In this document: positions 27,111-35,538 of the stretch, in pieces
Layout: each line of letters starts with the position of its first letter
How positions within the stretch are numbered: the stretch's first letter is position 1
Origin: Bradymonadia bacterium
GTDB taxonomy: Bacteria; Myxococcota_A; Bradymonadia; UBA7976; UBA1532
Length of the DNA stretch: 64,000 nucleotides
Reading direction: 5' to 3'
NCBI GenBank assembly: GCA_046290225.1
Contig: JBKAGE010000082.1
Coordinates: forward strand, 64,001-128,000
Translations under genes and position numbers: made by a program
Notes under the pieces: model-generated
Databases searched by the model: none
What the model saw: the letters and a program-made list of their open reading frames with translations, nothing else
What the model was told of the DNA's origin: nothing

Positions 27111-28943
27111 ATGCATGCATCTATTCCGCCCCCGCTGGTCGAGCCCGTTCCGCCCTTCACAGTCATGATCGTCGACGACGATCCGGTCGATGCGGCTCAG
27201 ATCGCCCGCCTGCTCAATCGGTGCGAGCCGCCGCCGAGCACGCTCATCGAGCATCACGATCCGCAGCACGCCCTCAAACGCCTGGTGCCCGAAGCCCCTG
27301 ATGTGGTCTTCGTCGACCAAATGCTCGGTGGAGAGCGGGGCCTCGACGTCATTCAGGCCATGCGCACGACCTGGCCCCGGGCAGAGTACGTACTGCTCAC
27401 GGGGATGGGGGACGAGGCCATCGCCGCAGCCTCTCTGCGCATGGGGGTCAGCGACTACCTGAGCAAGAACGGCCTGACCACACACATCCTCGAGCGCAGC
27501 CTGCGTTACCTGCGCACGCGGCGCATCGTACGCCTCGCTAAAGAGGCCTCGGCCCAACAGCTGCACACGATCTTCAACGCGAGCGCCGATCTGCTCGCGG
27601 TCCTCGATCCGCTCACGGGCACGGTCATCGAGGTGAACGAGGCGGGCAGACGCCTGCTCGGTCACGCCATCGAAGATCTCAAAGGCAAGCCCCTGGCCCC
27701 TCTGTTGCCAGAGGCCCACTGGCGGCGATTGAGCGCTCAGGTCACCTCTGCTCAGAGAGAGCCTTCACCCATTCTCAGGGTGCAGATCAGGCGCGCCGAC
27801 AATACCCTGTGTCCCATGGACGCCTCGGTGACCCAGATCCCCTGGCAGCCGCCCCACGGCACGGCAAGCCTGCTCACGCTCCGAGACGCCTCCCCGCACC
27901 TCGAGGTCGCCACGGTAAGCGGGCAGCTCGGGGCCCTCGTCGAGCACGCGCCCATGGCGGTGATCTCCTCTACACCTGATGGTCAGATCACCGCCTGGAA
28001 CTCTGCAGCAAAGGCCCTCTATGGCCACAGCGCCGAGCAGATTCTGGGATCATCCATCTTGTCCTTGGGCACGCCAGACCACCTGGAGACGTTGCGGGCG
28101 CTGTATGACCGGGCCGCCGCAGGCGCGGTGATCTCGAAGACCTTGTCCGTGCATCGACACAGCACAGGTGATCCCATCCCGGTTCAGCTGACGATCACGG
28201 CGGTCAGAGAGGGCCGTACAGTCCACGGCTTGTCCACGGTGGTCGAAGATCTACGCCCTCTGCGCACGGCAGAGGCCCGCATAGAAGCCCTCACCGCCGA
28301 TCTCGATCGCCTCAACACGGCGATGAAGGCCATGCAGGGCCCCGCTCAGCAAGTCATCGACACCTTCTCCGACTCTCTGGAGACCGAGCTGGTGAGCAAG
28401 CGGGTACTGGAGCACCAGCTCAAGACGGCCCGTGGCGAGGCGGAGGCCAGCCGGGAGACGCTCAGCGCGGTGACGATCGAGCTCGAGCAGGCCCGACGCC
28501 GCAACGCAGAGCTGGTGCGCCGCCTGGAGCGTCTGATCGACGATCAAGGGCAACCCCAGGCCGTGAGCGCGGTGCTGCCCCACGCAGCGATCCTCATCGA
28601 GCCCCCGGGCAACCCCCGTGTGCAGCGCACGCTCGCCCTCACCCGCCTGGGCGTTCAGACCAGCGCGGTGAACACGCCGAAGCAGGCCCTGAGCCACACA
28701 CAACACGAAGAGCCAGGGGTGATCCTGGTGGTGGCCAACGGGGTGCCAGATCACGGCGTGGTCTCGTGGGTAGGTCGCCTGAAGCGCGACATGCGCACGG
28801 CAGAGATCCCCATGGTGGTGTTGCTCGACGGTGAGAACGAGACGCTCAGGGAGCAGGTGCTCGAGGCGGGCACGGAGGCGACGCTGGCCCTCGACGCACC
28901 GATCGAGTCGCTGGCTTCATTGCTGGGTACGCTCGTGACCTGA
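27111..28943 (+). CDS. receiver-PAS-PAS-coiled coil-degenerate receiver signalling protein
   Basis: IVDDD..DVVFVD..LTG..DYLSK receiver; two PAS motifs (VNEAGRRLLGH, WNSAAKALYGHSAEQILG); no kinase or GGDEF motif seen. Confidence 0.8.
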   Translation: MHASIPPPLVEPVPPFTVMIVDDDPVDAAQIARLLNRCEPPPSTLIEHHDPQHALKRLVPEAPDVVFVDQMLGGERGLDVIQAMRTTWPRAEYVLLTGMGDEAIAAASLRMGVSDYLSKNGLTTHILERSLRYLRTRRIVRLAKEASAQQLHTIFNASADLLAVLDPLTGTVIEVNEAGRRLLGHAIEDLKGKPLAPLLPEAHWRRLSAQVTSAQREPSPILRVQIRRADNTLCPMDASVTQIPWQPPHGTASLLTLRDASPHLEVATVSGQLGALVEHAPMAVISSTPDGQITAWNSAAKALYGHSAEQILGSSILSLGTPDHLETLRALYDRAAAGAVISKTLSVHRHSTGDPIPVQLTITAVREGRTVHGLSTVVEDLRPLRTAEARIEALTADLDRLNTAMKAMQGPAQQVIDTFSDSLETELVSKRVLEHQLKTARGEAEASRETLSAVTIELEQARRRNAELVRRLERLIDDQGQPQAVSAVLPHAAILIEPPGNPRVQRTLALTRLGVQTSAVNTPKQALSHTQHEEPGVILVVANGVPDHGVVSWVGRLKRDMRTAEIPMVVLLDGENETLREQVLEAGTEATLALDAPIESLASLLGTLVT

Positions 28944-28946
28944 GAA

Positions 28947-29321
28947 TCAGGTCAAATACTCGTCGGGCACCGGCAGCCCCTGACTGCGGAAGAAGGTCAG
29001 CTGGTCGAAGTAGCCACGCTGAAACACGATCAGGCCCTCGCGCACCTGGAAGAACCCGCACCCACGCAGCCCCTGAGGATCCCGCCACTCCATGATGGCC
29101 CACTCGCCGTCTTCGAAGAGATTCTCCACGATGCAGGTCATCTCGGCTCGCCCCATCTCGATCTCGAAGAGCCGCTGAATCGCCTCGCGGCCCACGAGGG
29201 GCTCGGTGACCACCTGATGGTTGATCGCCTCTTCGGCATACAAGGCTGACAGCCCATCTACATCGCCGGCGTTGAACCGAGCCACCCACGTTTGCACCAC
29301 CTGCTTCGGACTCATCGTCAT
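28947..29321 (-). CDS. SnoaL/NTF2-like protein
   Basis: WVARFNAGDVDGLSALYAEEA..GREAI..GLIVFQRGYFD; ATGA overlap with upstream gene. Confidence 0.85.
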   Translation of the reverse strand: MTMSPKQVVQTWVARFNAGDVDGLSALYAEEAINHQVVTEPLVGREAIQRLFEIEMGRAEMTCIVENLFEDGEWAIMEWRDPQGLRGCGFFQVREGLIVFQRGYFDQLTFFRSQGLPVPDEYLT

Positions 29322-30250
29322 GACACATCTCCCACGGACCACGCCCACCCCTCGGCGAGCATATCGAGTCGTTGATACTGCCGGCGTCGCTTCAACGACT
29401 TGAGCACGCGATAGAACAGGTTGCGCTTCTTGCGCACCGAGACCTTCAAATCAGGCTGTACCGCCAGCGCAGGGTCGAGACCATCATCTCGAAGGCCCAA
29501 CAGATCCACCGCGTGAAACTCCAGCGTCAGGTGCTCGGGCCCACCCACATCAGCGGCGGCCACCACGGCATCGCTCATGCGCCCCATCGCCGTAAACGCC
29601 GTACCGATGAGGGGCACCCCGCCAAAAACGCTGATGGGGCATTGCACCAACCCACCCACCCCACGCCGGTGGGGCTCTTCGGGGTGCATCACATAGGGCA
29701 CCCGAGGCGACAGCAGCACCTTGGGATCACCCAACACGCTCCGGCTCCGGCGACCCCTCAGCGCCATCAGACCCATCACCGCGGCCTTGGCAGAGTAATA
29801 AGGCACACAGGGAAACACGCTCGAATCATAGCGGTGCCCCGTAGCACGCACGTCGAGGGCCAGCTCGGGCGTCGTGTTGTACCCCGGCGAGCGAAAACCC
29901 GTCACCAGCACCCCGGCAGCCTCTTCGAGACGCCTGCGCCCTTCAGCGACCTCAGCCTTGCGGGTCTCGGCATCAAGGCGGGTCAGATCATACGGATGAC
30001 GCCAGGAGTGGTTCCCAATCTCATGACCTGCGGCCACCATGGCCTGCAGCCACTGCCGGTTCTCCTCGAGGTCGAGATCTTCCGCGACGCAGTAAAACGT
30101 CGCAGGCACCCCCAACTCGGCGAAGAGCTCCAGGAATCGGGGCACACCGACGGTCCAAGCGGCGTTGGAGGCCGAGGCGTCATCGAGACCATGGATGCGG
30201 TAATAGTGGTGCAGGCTGTCGACGTCGACGCCGACGCTTACGGTTTTCAT
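29318..30250 (-). CDS. polysaccharide deacetylase (NodB-like)
   Basis: VDVD, ATFY, GHEIGNHSWRH, GFRSPGY, YDSSVFP; AGGAG RBS before ATG 30250. Confidence 0.88.
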   Translation of the reverse strand: MKTVSVGVDVDSLHHYYRIHGLDDASASNAAWTVGVPRFLELFAELGVPATFYCVAEDLDLEENRQWLQAMVAAGHEIGNHSWRHPYDLTRLDAETRKAEVAEGRRRLEEAAGVLVTGFRSPGYNTTPELALDVRATGHRYDSSVFPCVPYYSAKAAVMGLMALRGRRSRSVLGDPKVLLSPRVPYVMHPEEPHRRGVGGLVQCPISVFGGVPLIGTAFTAMGRMSDAVVAAADVGGPEHLTLEFHAVDLLGLRDDGLDPALAVQPDLKVSVRKKRNLFYRVLKSLKRRRQYQRLDMLAEGWAWSVGDVS

Positions 30251-30274
30251 GGGGTGAAACTCTCCTGATTGGAA

Positions 30275-30586
30275 AGAGAGTTTTCGGGCACGGGCACGGG
30301 CACGGGCACGGGCACGAGTTGATTCGCATGTTGACCCGTGGCCCTGCATGACTCCGCTCGTGGGTCTTTGACGATGGATGCTCTACTCGGCCCCAGCAAC
30401 TTTCCAGACGGCTTGGGCCTCCATACGTCCCAAGACCTGAGAGTTCAGGTCACTCTGGAACGCATTCAGCCTCAGTCGCAGCCTTCGTCCTGAGTCATGT
30501 ATGGCCACGGGTCAACATGCGAATCAACTCGTGCCCGTGCCCGTGCTCGTGCCCGTGCCCGAAGACTCTCTCGCGAGCGAAGCGAG
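30275..30586. mobile_element. non-coding inverted-repeat element, copy 1 (MITE/REPIN-like or structured RNA)
   Basis: Arms 30275-30343 and 30503-30571 are reverse complements (2 mismatches), each with five GGGCAC/GTGCCC units; followed by GCGAGCGAAGCGAG; homologous to 54190-54519. Confidence 0.75.
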
Positions 30587-30608
30587 GCCCGGGCCTCCCC
30601 CTTCAAGC

Positions 30609-31403
30609 TCACTTCAAATCGCGACCGAGGCGAATGATCATGGTCAACCGCACCATGTTCCGCAGCACATTGGGCACCCGACGGAACAGGTGCACCGAGG
30701 GGGGCCGCTTCTCCATGAGCCGCACCGGGATCTCCACCCAGCGACGCTCTGCCCGATGGGTACGCACCACGAACTCGCTGGCGAACATGTCTTTGTCGAC
30801 GACACAGGCATCGACGATGTCGAGCAGGTCTTCCCGACGGAACGCCTTGAGGCCGTGAGTGTCGGTGCCCTTGAAGCCCACCGAGACCCGGAGCATGCCG
30901 TTGAGCACCTGGGTGGCCGCTCGGCGGTACATCGGACGCTGATCAGAAGAGCCCTTCACCCGCTTGCTGCCCACCACCAGCTGGAAGCCCTCGTCTTTGA
31001 TCTTCCCCAGGGCCCGCTCGTAGAAGTCGACGTCACACAGGTCGATCTCGTCACAGATGACGATCTCACCCCGGGCCTGTTGGATGCCCTCCTTGAGGGC
31101 CTTGCCGTAGTTGGGCTCGCCGATGGAGAGCACCCGCACCTGCGGGTGGCGCTCAGCGTAGTCTTCGGCGATGGGCACCGTCTGATCGACGCTGCCGTTC
31201 TCCGCCACGATGATCTCGAAGGTGAAGTCCACCCCGGAGAGCTTGTCGAGCAGATCGGAGAGCGAGGCCGAGATGATGCCCTCTTCGTTGTAGACCGGGA
31301 TCACGATGGAGACGTCGGGGCGCAGCCGATCGGGATCAATCTCGAGGATGTTGTCGGGATCGTGGGTGCCGGTCATGGAGGCGTTGCCTTTGTGCGAAGA
31401 CAT
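30609..31403 (-). CDS. glycosyltransferase family 2 (DPM-synthase-like)
   Basis: VSIVIPVYNEE, ENGSVDQT, NYGKALKEG, VVGSKR, DTHGLKAFRR. Confidence 0.9.
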   Translation of the reverse strand: MSSHKGNASMTGTHDPDNILEIDPDRLRPDVSIVIPVYNEEGIISASLSDLLDKLSGVDFTFEIIVAENGSVDQTVPIAEDYAERHPQVRVLSIGEPNYGKALKEGIQQARGEIVICDEIDLCDVDFYERALGKIKDEGFQLVVGSKRVKGSSDQRPMYRRAATQVLNGMLRVSVGFKGTDTHGLKAFRREDLLDIVDACVVDKDMFASEFVVRTHRAERRWVEIPVRLMEKRPPSVHLFRRVPNVLRNMVRLTMIIRLGRDLK

Positions 31404-31443
31404 GTGCAGGTCTCGTGTCTGAATGGATCGATTCCGGATTGAT

Positions 31444-32793
31444 CTAGATGCTCGAAGCGCCGTTCTGGTCGGCCAGCAGCTGCTCTGCAGCGGCGCGGCC
31501 GTCGATCATGGCGTCTTCCATGGAGCAGTACTTCCACTCGCCATAGCGCCCGATGCTCAACGTGCCCGTCTCGTGCAGCCAGCTGTGAATCGTCTCTCGG
31601 GCGCCGTGATAGGCGTGATCGTAGACCACATAGGCGCAGCCGATGTGCCGGGGCCACATAAACTCGATCTGATCCACGCTGTCGATGAGCTGCATGGCCA
31701 CGAGGCCCTCAGCCACGCGATCGGCGAGCTGCTCCAGGGGGGTTTCTCGATCGGCCATCTCCACATACAGAGAGTGGCAGCCCTCAGGGGCCATCTCGGG
31801 GATGGCGTTGGTGAACACCCCCACCCGATACATGGGCCACTCGTGCTCGGGCACGTAGATCCAGTGATCAGGCTGCTTCACCGGGCCCTTGATGCCCACG
31901 TTGAAGTAGGGCGTCGCCGTCCAGCGCAGCTGATGTCGGGCATCGACGACGGCCTGGGGAGCCACAGGCGTGAGCTGGTCGATCAGATAGGGCAGCGGCA
32001 TGCTGCTCACCAACCGCTCGAATTTGATCTGCCGCCCGTCGGTGAAGGTGGCGATCTTCTCTGTGAGATCGACGTGCTTCACCGTGGTGTTCAGGGAAAT
32101 GTGCTCGTGGCCCACGGCGTCGGCGAGGGCGTCGGAGAGCGAGTGGATGCCGCCGGCCTTCGGGTAGATGAAGGAGGCGTTGTAGCCCATGCCCTCGCGG
32201 TTCATGCCCACAGCGCCGGCGACGATGTCGCTCAGTCGCGGCCGAGGCACGAAGCGCTGGCACCACCGGCTGGTGATCTCCGTGGCGGGCACACCCCAGA
32301 GCTTGGCGTTGTAGGGCACCATGAAGTGCTTGGCGATGCCCTCGCCGAAGTAGAACTTGATCCAGTCGGCGAAGTTCTCGGGCTCGTCGGCCTCTTCGAT
32401 GTGATCGGGCAGGCTGCGATCAGCCTCGATGGCCCCCATCAAGCACTCGTGCACCACATCGGGGGGCAGGCCGTGAATGTTGGCCTGGTATGGATAGAGC
32501 GTATACACCCCGTGAGACCAGATGCGGCTGATGCGCTGCACACGGGTGAAGTGATCTTCTCCGAGCAGCCGATACACCAACTGCTGGATGCCCGCGTCTC
32601 TCAAGTGCAGCCAGTGACCGGTGATGTCGAAGGCATACCCGTCACGATGCTCGGTGAGGGCTTTGCCGCCCACCACGTCGCCGGACTCGACGATGTGAAA
32701 GTCACGGCGACCTTCGAGATGCAACGCAGTGGAAAGCCCCGCGAGGCCCGCGCCGATGATGAGGATCTCGGTGGATTGTGGGGTCTGCACCAC
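31444..32793 (-). CDS. FAD-dependent oxidoreductase (HemY/UDP-galactopyranose-mutase-like)
   Basis: IIGAGLAGLS, VGGKA, FDITGHW, PYNAKLWG, AYVVYD, IGRYGEWKY; start uncertain (GTG 32793/32790). Confidence 0.85.
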   Translation of the reverse strand: MVQTPQSTEILIIGAGLAGLSTALHLEGRRDFHIVESGDVVGGKALTEHRDGYAFDITGHWLHLRDAGIQQLVYRLLGEDHFTRVQRISRIWSHGVYTLYPYQANIHGLPPDVVHECLMGAIEADRSLPDHIEEADEPENFADWIKFYFGEGIAKHFMVPYNAKLWGVPATEITSRWCQRFVPRPRLSDIVAGAVGMNREGMGYNASFIYPKAGGIHSLSDALADAVGHEHISLNTTVKHVDLTEKIATFTDGRQIKFERLVSSMPLPYLIDQLTPVAPQAVVDARHQLRWTATPYFNVGIKGPVKQPDHWIYVPEHEWPMYRVGVFTNAIPEMAPEGCHSLYVEMADRETPLEQLADRVAEGLVAMQLIDSVDQIEFMWPRHIGCAYVVYDHAYHGARETIHSWLHETGTLSIGRYGEWKYCSMEDAMIDGRAAAEQLLADQNGASSI

Positions 32794-32881
32794 AGGGACT
32801 CCCGGGAAGCCAGATGGCAAAAAGGAATCGGATGCTAATCAAATCACCGAGCTGAAACAACAGAGGGCTATACTCTCGACC

Positions 32882-34750
32882 ATGTCGAACACCCCCCCAT
32901 CCGGAGCGCGAGGCGCAGACCTCCCCTCTGGCGATGCCTCAGAGGGCCCCACGCCCTTCGGGCCATATATGTTGATGGAGCGCATCGGCCTTGGGGGCAT
33001 GGCCGAGATCTGGCGCGCCCGGAAGTACGGCGCGGCGGGGTTCGAGCGTCCGCTGGTGGTGAAGAAGCTGCTCAAGCGGCTCGCCCACACGCCCAGCTTC
33101 ATCCGCATGTTCATCGACGAGGCCAAGCTCGCAGTGAGCTTGCAGCACCCCAATGTGGTGCACGTGTACGATCTCGGCGAGGTGGATCACACATACTTCA
33201 TCGCCATGGAGTACGTGAGCGGCCGCGACCTGCTCAATCTGCTCGTACGCAGCACCCGACAGCGCACTCGGATCCCCGTTCATCTGGCGGTGCACATCGC
33301 CGCCGAGGTGCTCAAGGCCCTCGACGCCGCCCACAACGCCGTCGATCGTCGGGGCAACCCCCTGCGCATCATCCATCGCGACGTGAGCCCTTCGAATGTA
33401 CTGCTGGGCTACACAGGTGTGGTGAAGCTGAGCGACTTCGGGGTGGCCCGGGCCCTCGAAGCCCACCCTTCCATGGCCCCTGCCCCCGATCAGCGCGTTC
33501 GGGGCAAGCTGGGGTACATGAGCCCCGAGCAGGCCGCCCGCAAGACCCTCGATCCACGTTCTGATCTCTTCTGCGTCGCGATTTTGCTCTACGAGATGCT
33601 CGCCATGAACCGCCTCTTCAGGGGTGCAGATGACGAGGTCGTGCGCCAGAATATCGAGATCTGCGACATCGAGCCGGCCATCAGAGCGCTGCCCAGTGAC
33701 GTACCCGATGCCCTCAAAGTGATTTTGAGGCAGGCCCTGCAGCGGGATCCCGACGATCGCTACCCCACGGCCATCGCCTTTCTCGACGCCCTGCTCGATC
33801 ACCAGTTCCGCAGCGGTCACCGTGTGGGCTCGGGTGACGTCGCGGCGCTGATGGATCTGCTCTTCGGCGACGAGCTCGCCGCGGAGCGGGCTCGGCAAGA
33901 CACCCTCGACGATCTGCTGCTCGAGCGTTTTGGTGGGCCGCCGTCTCACAAACCCACCACCAGCCAGGAGATGCCTGCGCTGCAGCCGAACGCCACCCCC
34001 ACCCACTCGCTCCCTGGGGAGCCGCCCGTGTTCTCGGGGAGCTTCGACCGCGTCGACGTGCCCCGCATGCTCTACCGGTACAGCGTCGCCGGGCTCACCG
34101 GGCGCCTGCGCCTGCTCTCTCGGGGCGGCTATCAAGATGTGTACTGGCACCGTGGTCGCCCGGAGCATGTCGCCGGCGGCGGCCCGGAGAGTCGGCTTGG
34201 GGCGCTGTTGCAGCAAAACCGCGTCGTCGACTCGAAGACGCTCCAGGCGGCCACGGCTATGGCCCGTCGAGAGGGCCTGCGTCTCGGCGACGCCCTGCTC
34301 CGCCTCGGGCGGATCCCACCAGAGAGCCTCTACCCTGCGCTGCAATCACAGGCGCGGTGGCGGCTGCTCAACCTCTTCACATGGTCCAAGGGCCGTTATG
34401 CCTTCTTTCGGGATGATCGCCCCGAGGGGCCCATCGTGCCCCTCGACATGGACCCCTGGGCGTTGATCGCCGACGGAATTCGCCATCGCATTGACCTGGG
34501 CGTCGTCAAGGGTTACCTCGAAAAACACAACGGCTCCATGCTGGTTCGGTGTCAGCATCATGCCCTGAGCATCGACGATGTGCCCCTGAGCGACGCTCAG
34601 CGACGCATCTGGTCGGCGATTCGCCCAGAAGGGCCGCTGACACTTCAGCTCCAGTGGGCGGTGCAGGCAGCCGAGGGAGATGAGAGAGAAGCGTTGCGCA
34701 CTGTGTTTCTCATGGAGCGCCTCGACTTCGCATTACTCCTCTCTTCTTGA
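32882..34750 (+). CDS. cytoplasmic Ser/Thr protein kinase with DUF4388-like C-terminal domain
   Basis: IGLGGMAEIW, VVKK, IHRDVSPSN, SDFG, GYMSPEQ; no TM segment seen. Confidence 0.92.
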   Translation: MSNTPPSGARGADLPSGDASEGPTPFGPYMLMERIGLGGMAEIWRARKYGAAGFERPLVVKKLLKRLAHTPSFIRMFIDEAKLAVSLQHPNVVHVYDLGEVDHTYFIAMEYVSGRDLLNLLVRSTRQRTRIPVHLAVHIAAEVLKALDAAHNAVDRRGNPLRIIHRDVSPSNVLLGYTGVVKLSDFGVARALEAHPSMAPAPDQRVRGKLGYMSPEQAARKTLDPRSDLFCVAILLYEMLAMNRLFRGADDEVVRQNIEICDIEPAIRALPSDVPDALKVILRQALQRDPDDRYPTAIAFLDALLDHQFRSGHRVGSGDVAALMDLLFGDELAAERARQDTLDDLLLERFGGPPSHKPTTSQEMPALQPNATPTHSLPGEPPVFSGSFDRVDVPRMLYRYSVAGLTGRLRLLSRGGYQDVYWHRGRPEHVAGGGPESRLGALLQQNRVVDSKTLQAATAMARREGLRLGDALLRLGRIPPESLYPALQSQARWRLLNLFTWSKGRYAFFRDDRPEGPIVPLDMDPWALIADGIRHRIDLGVVKGYLEKHNGSMLVRCQHHALSIDDVPLSDAQRRIWSAIRPEGPLTLQLQWAVQAAEGDEREALRTVFLMERLDFALLLSS

Positions 34751-34826
34751 CAGATCGCTCCATTATGCGGTCGTTGGGTGGTGCAGACACGGACAGCAAC
34801 CCTCTGGAACCCAGGAGCGACCCCAA

Positions 34827-35333
34827 ATGGGCCATACCATCGACTTCTTCGCGTTGCCGCCAGGCCAGATCGCCAAGGTCCGTCATGCGGAAGGTCTCGA
34901 AGGGTTGCAGCGCCGCCTCAAAGAGCATGGCCAGATGCTCACCAGCCTCAGCCTCGAGTGTGAGCCGGTGAAGGCGTTCAAAGCCCTGGAGAAGCTGCTC
35001 GAGACCCCCCTCGTCTGCCTGCTCGGCGCCGAGGTGGGCCCCCTCGATGGTCGAAAGACTGATCCAAAAGCAGGTTTGATGGGTGCTGATGACGTCTCCG
35101 ACACAGTGGACTGTTTCGAGGGGCTCTCCGAGGCGCTGCACATCGATCTCGAAGAAGCAGACGAAGACGACGACTCTGAACTCTTCGACCTGCGCAGTCT
35201 CGCAGAAGAGACCGCGGATGGCATCGACATGGCATTCGACGACTTCGAAACCTTCGTCGATGAGCTCTTCGAGACCCTGAAGGTGGCCCTCGACAAAGAA
35301 AGGGCCGTGGTGACCCTGGTATCGAGCGCCTGA
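34827..35333 (+). CDS. acidic hypothetical protein
   Basis: AGGAG RBS; good codon bias; D/E-rich. Confidence 0.65.
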   Translation: MGHTIDFFALPPGQIAKVRHAEGLEGLQRRLKEHGQMLTSLSLECEPVKAFKALEKLLETPLVCLLGAEVGPLDGRKTDPKAGLMGADDVSDTVDCFEGLSEALHIDLEEADEDDDSELFDLRSLAEETADGIDMAFDDFETFVDELFETLKVALDKERAVVTLVSSA

Positions 35334-35538
35334 GCACGACACACAGAGCGCTCGCACAGCCAGGGCCTGCCCGAGAAGACGACCAGCGAGACTACAGCCC
35401 GCCTCTCGAATCTCCGACCCTTGAACCTCCGGCCCTTGAATCTCACAGACGCTTCGGGCGTCATGGGCCCGTCTGCCCACACATGTGGGCGCTCACTCTG
35501 CATTGACTACGGGCCGGGGAGGCCCTGTGGAGGTGGTC

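Noticed and set aside
30285..30560. ORFs reading RARARA, GHGHGH, VPVPVP or CPCPCP here and at 54215-54497
   Set aside because: They are translations of the GGGCAC hexamer tract in the IR element; the real deacetylase start is ATG 30250 with its own RBS
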